Source: Chiloscyllium plagiosum (lineage: Eukaryota). Taken from it: a DNA stretch of 20,000 nucleotides. Below the pieces are notes generated by a model that was not told the DNA's origin, searched no databases, and was given only the letters and a program-made list of their open reading frames with translations. Shown here piece after piece: positions 9,926 to 20,000 of this stretch. The position numbers and the translations under genes were made by a program. How positions within the stretch are numbered: the first letter of the stretch is position 1; every line of letters starts with the position of its first letter. The stretch is from NCBI RefSeq assembly GCF_004010195.1, contig NC_057719.1, forward strand, positions 38,157,062 through 38,177,061, given 5' to 3'.

Positions 9926-10139
9926 AGTCAATAAAGTCAAGCAAGTCAATGCAAGCTTAGCAGTGGCAACAATCTTAAGATTAGCATACCTATTTCTGTA
10001 TAACTGTGTGCACAGTATGAACATATTGCTCTTATTCCTAGCCCTAATGATAAAATAATGGGCGCATATTATGTGTTATTATTTGGTGCACTGCACTGTG
10101 CATTTTTCTCCTCTAAGCTTTTCTTTTGCTATTTAGATA

Positions 10140-10800
10140 TGCACAAATCCATGCTGACTATCCCTAAAATCCATTCTTTTCCAACTAAGAGTAAATCCTG
10201 TCCTAAGAATCTTCTCTAATAATTACTCTATTACTGATGTAAAGCTCACCGGCCTATAATTTCCTGGATTATCCTTGTTGCTGTAGAAAATCAACATACC
10301 CTCCTGAATCTTTGCATTGGTTAACAGCAAGACGGACATGGATAATGCTAAGTACTCATTTAATGAAGTCTCCCACTTCCTTTTGTCCTTGAGTGGACCT
10401 GTTCTTTCCCTGGCTACCATTTTTAGCCTTTAATATATGTATAAAATGCCTTGGGATTCTCCTTAATCCGATTTGCCAATGACATTTCATGGCCACTTTT
10501 AGCCCTTCCTATCTCTTTACATTACTCCCTACTTCCTTTGTATTCCTCAAGGGCATGTCTGATTTCAGTTTCCTAAACTTTACATTTGCTTCCTTTTTTT
10601 CTTTTTGACCAAGTTTCTAAATCTCTTGTCATCCCGAGTTCTTGCCATCCTTATCAGTTATCCTCACAAGAGCATGAATGGTCATTATCTCTGACCATCT
10701 AGCCTTCAAAAGGCTCTTAAAACTTATAGAATTATGATTGCTATTCCCCACTGAAACTGACTTCCTGGCTCACTTCTCAATACAAAGTTTAGTATGGCCC
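10140..10800 (-). mobile_element. CR1 LINE fragment (RT N-terminal and linker region), multiply deleted
   Basis: ORF 10223-10420(-) contains KDNPGNYRPVSFTSV and RERTGPLKD, both typical of CR1 ORF2. Confidence 0.82.
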
Positions 10801-11479
10801 CTCCCCTGTGTTATATAAATTTTCACAAGCTATCTTTAATACAGCTACTTATTAAGAAATCGCTCACAATCCAATACTGAAACAATTATTTAAACTTTAT
10901 TGCATGTAGACCCTTCAAAGTAAATATGACCTTCAAGTAAGCAAGTATTGCCTCTCGACCTAACTTAACTGTTACCTCATTAATGGTGGAATTTAGCAAC
11001 GATTCCAACCAACAATGTCTGTCTCTCGGTGTCCATGGTTCAATCCTTGTGCAGAATAATTCTCTGGAGTTCTGATAAAGAATCCCAAAGTTGAACTCTT
11101 GTAGGATTTTGTTTTGTTTAGTTTGTGGTTTGACATTATTTATGACGCATGAAGTAACCAAGTCAGTAGCTTGCTTACTGGGTGTAAAAACTAGCTGCAC
11201 TCCACCTAGTTCTCTGTTCGTTGTTACAGTCAGTGTTAGCTGTTCGTTTGAAGCACAGTCTCCCATTAACCCCTTCACCTCAGAACATTCCTTCTGCTGG
11301 CAATCGTATTGCCAATTTGTCTCATAGCTAGTTACCTCCTCTCCTGGGAAATAGTATATGTTACTTTGACGCCTTGTTCTTAGGAATGGTTAATTGGCAT
11401 GTTGTTTTTTAATTCCTTTTGTGTAACTGTTTGTAAACATTTACTCAGTGTTTGCTGGTTCTTTCAATCTATGAACAGT

Positions 11480-11820
11480 TACTAAAGTTCTAGAGTATAG
11501 AGGTTGCAGTACCAGGGAGGCAACACGCATCAGGATATTGCATAGGCTGGAAAATTTCTGATGAGAAATTGGACAGACTGGTGTTGCTTTTCTTAAAGCA
11601 CAGGAGGTTGAGAGATGACATGATTGAGATGTATAAAATTGAGGGGAATTGATAGGGTAGATAGAAATAAATTGTCTGTCTCGATGGAGAGATCAGTGAC
11701 CAAAGAGGAGCATAGATCTTAAACTAAGGGATAGAAAAAACTTTTACCCAGCAGATGGTGAGAATCTGGGACTCACTGCCTTTAAAGGCAGAAACCCTCA
11801 ACATTTGAGTATTTAAATCG
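11480..11820 (+). mobile_element. CR1 LINE ORF2 C-terminal fragment
   Basis: aggaggttgagagatgacatgattgagatgtataaaatt = RRLRDDMIEMYKI, followed by gtgagaatctgggactcactgcct (VRIWDSLP). Confidence 0.75.
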
Positions 11821-12062
11821 ATAGTGAAGAAGATTATCTAAGATCACAAAGAGATCTTGAGTGACAGATGGAGTTTAATTTGGATAGATGTAAGGTATTG
11901 AATTTTTGTAAAACAACAAGCACAGGACTTGTACATCTAAAAGTAGGGCCTTGGGTAGTGTTGTAGAACAGAGACCTAAGGGTTCAGGTATATAATTCTT
12001 TGAAGTTTGCATGGTGGTTAAGATACCTTCATTGCTGAGAAGTTTTGAGTATAGGAGTTGAG
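11820..12062 (+). mobile_element. CR1 LINE RT fragment
   Basis: atggagtttaatttggatagatgtaaggtattgaatttt = MEFNLDRCKVLNF, homologous (inverted) to 1980-2160. Confidence 0.75.
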
Positions 12063-12944
12063 TAATTGGGAGGCAGGAAGTTACAATTGGTGTTTGTAAA
12101 ATGGGGAAAGCATTGTGTGGTCCCTTTTAAACAAAAAGGTGCTTTTTGGTGCTTAGACGTTTAAATGCCAAGTACACAGCCCAAATTGAAATATTTGTAT
12201 GGAAAGGCCATATGGTTCGCAGGCCAAGCAGCAGTTTGTACCAAGACAACAGGCTTTTAAATTTAGCCAGTCAATTTGAACCAGGTACTTCCCAAAAACC
12301 TATTAAATTTAAATCTGGTTTTGACAAAAGACCAGTCTAACTGTAAGAAATATTGATATGTCATGATTGAGATGTATAAAAGGGTCATTTGGACAGAGAC
12401 TCCGAGAGCTAGTTGCCGCTCACCAGTGCTAATGGCCCTCAACACTGTTTTGAGAGAGTATCGCTGGCTTTCAGCCTTATCTATGACTTAGAGAAAACAA
12501 AATCTAAATACCAAAGGTACCAATGATAGAAGGCACTCCTCACAGAAGAATTGACACAGAAGGCACGTAATCTGGCTGTTATTTTGAGAGTCTAAAGTCT
12601 TTTTTTCTAATGAGTGGGACTTCTATTTATTGGAACGCTATACCATTAGAATCTTGCTTTATTTAGGAAAAGTTGGGTAAAAGGTTTGTTCGGTTTGTTA
12701 ATAGTTCAGTTAATTTGTTCACTGTCAGAGTTAGATAGATAAATTGTCTTGTTGGTTTTAAAGTGAATGTCAGGAATTTATTTCATTTAATCACTAGAAG
12801 TTGCTGAAGGGCTGGTTACACCACTTTTCAAAAGATTATAGGGCGAGGCGCTTTTCTTTGAATGTTTCGGTTTTAGTTTTCCGAGGAAGGTCAACCTCTG
12901 TTTTATAACTGTGGAATTTATTGTCCATCACCGTTGTCTGTATC

Positions 12945-13555
12945 CACTTTCTGTTCATCCCTAGTTGCTGTTGAGAAGGTGGTGTAGTTGCTGCCTTGAA
13001 CCACTTATGATTATACCTGATGTTATTACTAGACAAATCAGATCCCAAAATGAAATCTGACCTGATTCCATGGAATTTGATGGGTCCCAGACTTAAATGT
13101 TGTGAACTCTTAGAGAATCTTCCTATTGACTGTACACCTCTGACTTGTCACTTCTGCCAACTTTACTCTGACAGTGATACAGGACACACCTAAAAATGGT
13201 AATACTATTGTCTGGGACATTGTCTGTCTTTAGGTATGATTCTTTGAGCATGATTATGACTGGCTGCTGTTTTGACTAGTCTGAGCAATTCTGAAACTGG
13301 TTCCTGGATGTCAGAGTCCTCATCATTGTGTTTACTTATTACCTAGGTCAATTCCAGATAGTCAGGCAAGGTTTATTTCTTTGGGACTTTTCAGCAGTTT
13401 GTTACAACTAAATGGCTTGCTAGGCCAGCTCTGTGATCAGTTAAGAGTTGAGCACATTATTGAGTTCACATAGGCCAGACCAGGTCAGGGAATGGTTTTC
13501 TTTAAAACACGTTAGTGAACTGGCTAGGTTTTTATGACAGTCAGCAATGATTTTA
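12945..13555 (-). mobile_element. Internally deleted Zenon/Crack-like LINE: SINE-like 5' leader, APE endonuclease N-terminus and 3' tail
   Basis: On the minus strand: SINE-body homology (13430-13540 vs 4255-4370), then QQPVIIMLKESY (13234-13269) and VPDNSITI endonuclease remnants, then the family 3' tail (12951-13005 vs 846-900). Confidence 0.65.
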
Positions 13556-13580
13556 TACTTGTGCTTGAACTCGATAAGAG

Positions 13581-13895
13581 GGGACAATGGCTTAATGGTA
13601 CTAACCTTGTTGTTAACCCTGGGGCCTAGGCTCGAATCCTGCCATGGCAGATAGTGGAACTGAAATCAATTAAAAAATTTTGATTTAAGATTAAAATGAC
13701 CATGGTAATGGTTTGTCAGTAAAGTCCCATCTGATTCATTTAATGTCCTTCAGGGAAGGAAGCTACCATCATTATCTAATCTGGATTACATGTGACTTCT
13801 GATCCACATCAATCTGGTTGACTGTGGGGCAGTTGGGGTGGGCAATTAATGCTAGCTTAGCCAGTGACACCCTCATCCTGTGAATGAATTAAAAA
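13581..13895 (+). mobile_element. tRNA-derived SINE (second family), near full length
   Basis: A box TGGCTTAATGG 13588-13598, B box GGCTCGAATCC 13629-13639, body homologous to 4181-4460, LINE-type tail gggcaattaatgctagcttagccagtgacaccctcatcctgtgaatgaattaaaaa. Confidence 0.8.
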
Positions 13896-14929
13896 CAAAT
13901 TTTAGAGAGTTTTGGAATTGATTCCATAAGAAAATTCCGAGAATCACCTCTAACATATTACAAGTATTTATTTTCCCTAGCATTTGCTTGCCTGAATGTG
14001 AGGTCTTAAAAGCACAATCCTTCTCTGAGGAAGGAGCTTTACAGATGAGATCAAAAAATGTCTATATTATGGAATGTGGTTAAAGTTATTAAATTATGAA
14101 ACTGAGGTCTCCAATCTTGGGATTGAATCACTATGCTGGTTTAAGCATATAAATTACTGTGAGTACAACTGAAAATAAAAAGTTGGTTTATTAGAATTGG
14201 ATTGTTTTGGGAATTAGATCTTGAAGTTCAGCAATATTTGAACGGTTTCTTGAATTACTTGAATAACGGAAGAGAAAAGACTTTGCATTTTGTAGCATTG
14301 CTGAATTTATCAAAATATAATGTGAATATCTGCTAAGTACTTGAGTATAGGAAGGACCATTTACTTGCAATGGTTTCAAGCTTTGTTAATAATTGTCACC
14401 AACTTTTTTTTTGTTAACTTCATAACCAAATGACACAGGACAGCCTTTGTGGCTGAGGATACAATGTAGGTGAAACTAAATTGTAGGCTCCTTTTAAAGA
14501 GATCATTCTTTGGTTTAGGAGACCAAAATTGTACACCAGATATGCTCACACCAAAGCTATAGAAAACAGGCATAATTGAGATGGACACTAATACAGCATT
14601 ACTTAGTGCTTTAGTTACAGAAGATTGCAGACATGTTGTTGAATGGTTGCCTGTTGGAAGCTAATGAATTAATCAAAAACTTTGTGGAAAAGCTCACATC
14701 AGTCGATACTGTGGTGCTGAAGATCAAATCACTGTTTATAAAAGGCAGGCACCAACCATACCACCATTTTGTGGACTAAGAATGTGTTGTTTGAATTGTA
14801 AGATTGTTGGCAATGTACAGTTGCAGAGCAGATTTTTATATTGAGCTGTTTCCGATTAAAAATTAGAGTCTGAATGCACTTTCATTGACAAAACTATTTC
14901 TTCACAGACTATGGGTGTAAAACTTAGAA

Positions 14930-15360
14930 TATGCAAACTTTTGGCTATATCTGTGAAGAAAGGTTAATAGGTTGGCCTGTTTTCCACTGAAGTTCAGAAG
15001 TGTAAGTGATTGTTTTTATTAAGACATAAGATTCTGCAAGGATGTAATGATCCATTTACATGTTGGTTGCTGGAGTGTTTCCTGTTATGGGAAACACCAG
15101 AAATGGGGGCACATTAAATAGAAGGCCCATTATTTTTAAACTGATCCCCCCGCCCCCAAAGGTTATGCATCTTTGGAACACTTCCACTGTGGTGGAGCCA
15201 TTGCTTTAAAAATATTCAAAGTTAGCTTGATTCCCTTGTTAGTCAAGTATCTGTCAGGGAAAGGTGGGAAAGTTGAGGTCGCAATCAGATTATTCATGAT
15301 CTTATTGAATGGTGGAGTAGGCTCGCGAGCCTGGAAGGACTGTTATTGCTCATTTGTTTG
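14930..15360 (+). mobile_element. Decayed CR1 LINE 3' end
   Basis: gaagaaaggttaataggttggcctgttttccactgaag (degenerate ERL..LGLFSLE) and 3' UTR atcagattattcatgatcttattgaatggtggagtaggctcg. Confidence 0.7.
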
Positions 15361-15840
15361 TAAAGTGTGTTCTGCTACCACGTGCATTTCTTCAATGTGA
15401 ATTGACTTTAACACGATTGGGGAATTTAGACCATTTGTAGAATGCAAATTTTCCTTACTTTTATTGGCTATAATGCCATTCTGGCTCCACTAGTTTACAT
15501 AGTGTTGCTATTTCGTGATTTTCTTATAATAAAAGATCACACGAGAGCAGAACTATCACATTATGTCAGAGCAAACTATATGTATGTTTCCATGCATACC
15601 ATTTTTTTTTTTTTTGCAAAACTCTGAAACCGATGCCAGAGAAAAGATGTACCAGAACTGGAAACTCAGTGTTAGGTAAATGCTGCAGTGTGTAATTTGT
15701 GTGAGATCATTGATTTAAATAATAATTATTGCATGGGAGAAGGCTGGTTTTTGGTCATGATAGAAAATCAGAAAATGTGCTTTTTCTTTGTTTCATCCTG
15801 TTCATCTTATTTTGAGAAATTTAGGCAAATACAATTTGTT

Positions 15841-15960
15841 TCCCTACAGTATGGAAACAGGCCCTACACTATGGGCAATTTAACATGGCCAATTCACCTG
15901 ACCTGCACATCTTTGGGTTGTGGCAGGAAACCGGAGCACCCAGGGGAAACCCACGCAGAC
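15841..15960 (-). mobile_element. Partial HE1-like SINE with an internal deletion
   Basis: Near-identical to the reverse complement of 2637-2731, fused directly to the tail piece (tacagtatggaaacaggccct). Confidence 0.85.
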
Positions 15961-16018
15961 CTGAGGACAATATACCGCACAATTCACGTGCTTCAGGCCA
16001 CCATTGACTTTTGTAAAA

Positions 16019-16212
16019 ACTGCAGATGCCAAAATTCTGAAATAGTTTCTTTCTAAAAAAAAAACTCAAATCTGGCAGCATTTGTGGAGTGAGAAACAGT
16101 TAATTTCTTTGAGTCTAGTATCATCCTTTGGACCAATATATTGACCCTGTTTCTGTCTGTCCATAGACGCTGCCAACTCACTCAGTTTTCCAGCATTTAA
16201 TTTTTATTTCAA
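16019..16212. mobile_element. Degenerate inverted (palindromic) Penelope-derived repeat
   Basis: Arms tggcagcatttgtggagtgagaaacagttaa (16073-16103) and ttgaccctgtttctgtctgtccatagacgctgcca (16141-16175) are approximate reverse complements. Shares ctgcagatgc and ttttccagca motifs with the inserts at 156, 506 and 1878. Confidence 0.6.
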
Positions 16213-16454
16213 CCTTGATTTTTGTTGCTTCCTGCTTTATAGAAGCTCTTTTGTTGTAACTTGTGAGGTAGCCCTGAACGATATCATGTAAACAGGTTTA
16301 CTTAGTTAATACAATCTTTGTGTCTTTTTGGTTGGAAGGAAATATTTAATGCTCTGAATGACTAATCATTGACACTCTCAACTACTTCATTATGTTTGGC
16401 AATAGCTTCTGTTCTGCATACTTTTTAAATCTATCTCATTATTGCAGTGACTTG

Positions 16455-16615
16455 AAGTAAGAACAGGAAAATACCATATAGCACTTTCAACCTACTGCAC
16501 CATTCAGTATAATCATGGTTAATCGGTTCACCTCCACTTTCCTGTCTGCTCCCTTTATCCCGAGATTCCTTGCTGCATGTTTCAGCCTTAATTATATTCA
16601 ATGATAAGGTATCCC
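16455..16615 (-). mobile_element. Decayed CR1 3' UTR fragment
   Basis: cctactgcaccattcagtataatcatgg is the approximate reverse complement of the tail at 15295-15322. Confidence 0.6.
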
Positions 16616-16974
16616 AGACAAATATCTGATTAAAAAGAGGAAATTCCTGTTGTTTAAACGTGTGGTTTTTGGTCCAAAGAGCAAGCTTTTAAGTTGTTTT
16701 CAGTTGTTTTATGCATTAAGTTACAGCAGTACTGATGTAAATACTTTCATTGGTCTTGAAGATCCTATTTCATCTTGAGTCTGGCTAAGATATAAAGGTA
16801 AATTCTTCTCTTCACTATTAGCGTGTTAATTCGAGTGGATTGCTTGTCCTTAAAATTTGCCCCATTTCATTCTGGTTATTTCAGTGGAATAAAAGTCTGG
16901 GTTCAACAGTGGGATCATGGTTCACTCGACTAGGTTAACATGCAGGTGGCAAAGACTATCTTTTTGTTAATTGT

Positions 16975-17021
16975 CACTAAATATGAACTTTTTTTAAAAA
17001 CCTTTTGCTTTGCATTTTCAG
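16975..17021 (+). promoter_or_regulatory. 3' splice site of the RCOR1 exon: candidate branch point, polypyrimidine tract and AG
   Basis: cactaaa at 16975-16981, about 40 nt upstream of the AG, followed by a T-rich tract and ttttcAG. Confidence 0.6.
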
Positions 17022-17074
17022 TGGATGAGTACATTTCAATCGCCAAAGAGAAGCATGGCTACAACATGGAACAG
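17022..17074 (+). CDS. RCOR1: Internal coding exon of REST corepressor 1 (CoREST), ELM2 domain, peptide (L)[17 protein letters not shown]
   Basis: Polypyrimidine tract ccttttgctttgcattttcAG (AG at 17020-17021) and donor CAG|GTAATA (GT at 17075-17076). 53 nt, phase 1 start and phase 0 end: TG GAT GAG TAC ATT TCA ATC GCC AAA GAG AAG CAT GGC TAC AAC ATG GAA CAG. Matches the recalled vertebrate RCOR1 sequence [24 protein letters not shown]. YNMEQ favours RCOR1 over RCOR3 (YNVEQ) and RCOR2 (YNIEQ). Flanking exons not seen in the window. Confidence 0.93.
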
Positions 17075-17449
17075 GTAATAAATCTTTTAAGATCTAAAAT
17101 TTAATCCTTGGTCGTCTTCTGACTAATCTGACCGCTTAGTTTCCCAGCCCTCATGCTAACTGTTGTTGAAATGGCTGTCTTTCCCCTGATACTAACCTCT
17201 CCATTTTAAAGTTGCTGTCTGCGTATCTTCTCTGCTTCAGTAAGCCTATTTTCAATCCCTTTGTCCTTCTAAGCTAGAGCTCCATCTTCAACTTCCCTTG
17301 TTGAATGTTATCGCGTGTTTTCCACACTCTATTTGAACTTCTCCACAGGTTTTATCCCTGCTGCAGCACTGGATTAAAATTGTAGAATTATTGTAAGTGA
17401 CTGCGATGCATAACCCTTAATCTCTGTGTATTGTTTACTATCTGTCCTG

Positions 17450-18150
17450 TTGATTGTAGAAAACTAACATTTCTTCTCCACCTCCCCTCCCCTCTCTGTT
17501 TCATTGTGAACTCCCTACCTTATTTCCACTGTAACCTGCAAATTATAGTCAGAACAACTGCAAGGAATCTTGCTGTCCCTTGACTATTGCCTCCCAAGTA
17601 TTCTGTCCTTGGTCCCTTCCTTTTTATTTGCTGCATGGTCCCCATGGTGATTCCAATTGCAGATGTGGTTTCAGCTTGTGTCTGTGTGCTGACAGAACCA
17701 CCTTACTTGTACACTTCTTATTGGACTTCCTGTCCAACACCTTAATTATCTAATTGAACACTGCGAAGACCAAAGTTGTTCCCTTTTGCTCACGTCAACA
17801 CTGTATATTCTTGTCAGCAAATCTATACTAGCCATCACCATTTCAGGTGTAAAATTATTATGTAATGTTTGAATCCCTTTGTGGTTCTGTATTCTTTCTT
17901 TCATCTCCTCCAACCTTGCAACTAACCTTTCCCCAAATTTTCTGTACCTATGTCTGTGGAATTGTGCTTCCAATGATCTAAACTCTATTCCCTGGAATGC
18001 TCTGGGCAAACCTCTCAAAGTTTCACTCCTCGCCCCAATCTTTTTACTAAGCACCTATTTACACTTGCTGGTTTCACCCCTTTGCTTATTTTTAGTTTAA
18101 ATTTTGTCCACGTGGAGCACCCTGAAAAAGTGATGCTGTATGATTTAGTC
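17450..18150 (+). mobile_element. Old L2-like LINE remnant
   Basis: cctcccaagtattctgtccttggtcccttccttttt (degenerate PQGSVLGPxLF), and a 3' region ccctggaatgctctgggcaaacctctc...aaattttgt...gtggagcaccctg resembling shark L2 ends. Confidence 0.5.
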
Positions 18151-18159
18151 AATTATTTC

Positions 18160-18630
18160 ACATGAGACAAGTCATGAGCATTATGAACACCTTTCACTTA
18201 TCTTGCATTAGTGACTTAACCAGCTCTCAGCTGAGCACCATCCAAGATAAAGTAGTCCACTTGTTTGGCTGTCTATCCATGAAACTTAAATATTCACTTC
18301 CTGCAACATGAATGCACGGTGTTAGTGTTTACTTCGTCCAAAATAAACCAACAACCTCTGCCACTTCGACAAGGGCGCAGATATATGCAAATGCCACCAC
18401 CTTAAGTTTCCCGCCAAATGGCATGCCATTTTTACATGGAGCAATATTACGGTTTCATTGTCAAACTCATGAAATTCCCTTTCTAGCAACCCTGTAATAT
18501 ACCTGTACCAAATTGACTGCAATGGTTTATGAAGGTGGCATATCACTGCCTTTTGCAGGCAATTAGCGATGTACAATAAATGCTGGCCATGTTTGTGATA
18601 CCCATACACGCTGAAAGAATTTTAAAAAAG
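18160..18630 (+). mobile_element. Zenon/Crack-like LINE 3' fragment
   Basis: caccatccaagataaagtagtccacttgtttggc and tail caattagcgatgtacaataaatgctggcc...tgaaagaattttaaaaaa, homologous to 430-950. Confidence 0.72.
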
Positions 18631-19092
18631 CATTCTCATCCTCTGACCCACTCTTAAAAGCACAATATTTATACTGCTGGTTCAGTTTAGGTCCTGGTCA
18701 AATATTTAACAGCTATTACAATTCCTTTGCACTGTTTCTGATTCATTCTTGAACAGCTACCTAACTTAAGATGGATAATAAATGTCCTTACCATTTATTT
18801 TGTTCTCTTGGTATTTTTAAATCTATGCACACCCACTGAGATATCAAGAAATAGTTATCTCACTTTCACTTATTAAAGTCATATTGGCTTTGAATACCTT
18901 TTTTCACTTTTCTTAGTTCAAGGAATAAATAGTGTCTGTCATAATTGAAACTTCTTTTCTGTGGAATCAACTTGTGAATCTCCTCTGCACCCCCTCTGCA
19001 TGGTGTTCAGGTGCTTGTTATTGTAGGACGCTGCAAACTGGCCATAAAATTGTAATCAAAGATTCTCTAAAGTTTGGATGCCTGCACCCATT

Positions 19093-19109
19093 CCCCCCCC
19101 CCCCCCCCC
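19093..19109. repeat. C17 homopolymer
   Basis: 17 consecutive C. Confidence 0.95.
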
Positions 19110-19179
19110 AGGAATTTCCATTTCACATGTTGGAAAGGTTGTGATTTGAGGTTCTGATTTATCTTTACCTCAACATTTT

Positions 19180-19700
19180 AGTGCACCTTCAGGCAAACTT
19201 TCCACCTTTTTCTGAGCTCTGCAAGCTTTTTAGTTTTTTTTTTGGTAATTTTGTTTCAAAATTATCTAGTTTATTGTCTCTGATTCCTTGTCTCATGTGT
19301 TCCATCCCTGCTGGTGCACGTCAAAAAGCAGAAACTTCTCCTTATTCAGTTTCTTCACCATCCTTTTATCTCCTTGAATATTTACCGTTGTTTTTATTTT
19401 GTTTAACTGCTTCTCTCAATATTAAAGTCTGTAAAGTCTTGTTGACCTTTATTGGGCATATTTCATGCTTACATAATTCTGGCAACTTCTGGTTTAATAT
19501 TTTTTGAAATGTGATTACTTGATGCACATTAATTGTTCTAATTTCTTCCTAATTTATCTGTCAGCTTCCCTCCTTGCTGAAATCTACTTTTCTCCAATCT
19601 TATACAGTTTCAATTTTCATGCCAAACTTAATCATTTTTCTTACTCAAAGACAGATTCTTTATTCAAAATGAATAATTAAAAGTGCCCTGCCCCTCTTGA
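19180..19700 (-). mobile_element. Possible very old CR1 ORF2 linker fragment
   Basis: Minus strand near 19580-19640 reads MIKF...DWRKVDF, resembling the CR1 linker motif. Weak, and boundaries uncertain. Confidence 0.3.
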
Positions 19701-19717
19701 GCTTTGCGATGTGATCC

Positions 19718-20000
19718 ATAGAACAGAGAACATAGAACAATACAGCACAGAACAGGCCCTTCGGCCCACGATGTTGTGCCGAACATTTGTCCTAGCTTAA
19801 GCACCCATCCATGTACCTATCCAATTGCCACTTAAAGTTCGCCAATGATTCTGACTCTGCCACTCCCACAGGCAGCGCATTCCATGAACTCACGACTCGC
19901 TGAGTAAAGAACCTACCCCTAACATCTGTCCTATACCTACCCCCCCCTTAATTTAAAGCTATGCCCCCTCGTAATAGCTGACTCCTTATGTGGAAAAAGA
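19718..20000 (-). mobile_element. Young CR1 (HER1-like) LINE 3' end, continuing beyond the window
   Basis: Tandem tail catagaacagagaacatagaacaa followed by tacagcacagaacaggcccttcggccc (same tail as HE1). CpGs are retained, suggesting a recent insertion. Confidence 0.85.

Noticed and set aside
9912..9958. Imperfect aagtcaa micro-repeats at the Rex1 5' junction
   Set aside because: Short and irregular, probably slippage at the truncation point; not an array
17746..18054. 102-aa minus-strand ORF with a coiled-coil look (RLVARLEEMKERI)
   Set aside because: Antisense to an L2-like remnant, with no recognisable domain or splice support
1..20000. CRISPR arrays, operons or prokaryotic defence systems
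   Set aside because: No regularly spaced repeats or long ORFs; the sequence is a vertebrate intron

Overview
Eukaryotic, AT-rich, repeat-dense vertebrate DNA. The repeat repertoire (HE1-like V-SINEs, HER1/CR1 LINEs, short hammerhead-bearing Penelope-type repeats) points to an elasmobranch, probably a bamboo/carpet shark; the organism is inferred from recalled repeat families. The only host coding sequence I can support is one 53-nt internal exon on the + strand (17022-17074, AG/GT flanked, phase 1 to 0) encoding (L)[17 protein letters not shown], part of the ELM2 domain of REST corepressor 1 (RCOR1/CoREST). The rest is intron: at least 17 kb upstream and 2.9 kb downstream. About half of the window is decayed retroelements (CR1, CR1-Zenon/Crack-like, Rex1/Babar, L2, two SINE families, Penelope-derived fragments), often nested with visible target-site duplications. 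The ORFs in the track are LINE/SINE remnants or chance ORFs. Most interesting observations: (i) minimal hammerhead-ribozyme motifs in short Penelope-type inserts, one nearly intact and sense to the RCOR1 pre-mRNA; (ii) a tRNA-headed SINE whose body is also found as the 5' leader of an endonuclease-encoding LINE, suggesting a SINE-headed LINE plus its bipartite derivative; (iii) a strong CTCF-like site; (iv) a phase-compatible cryptic exon candidate; (v) closely spaced inverted SINE pairs. I see no novel multi-gene system.
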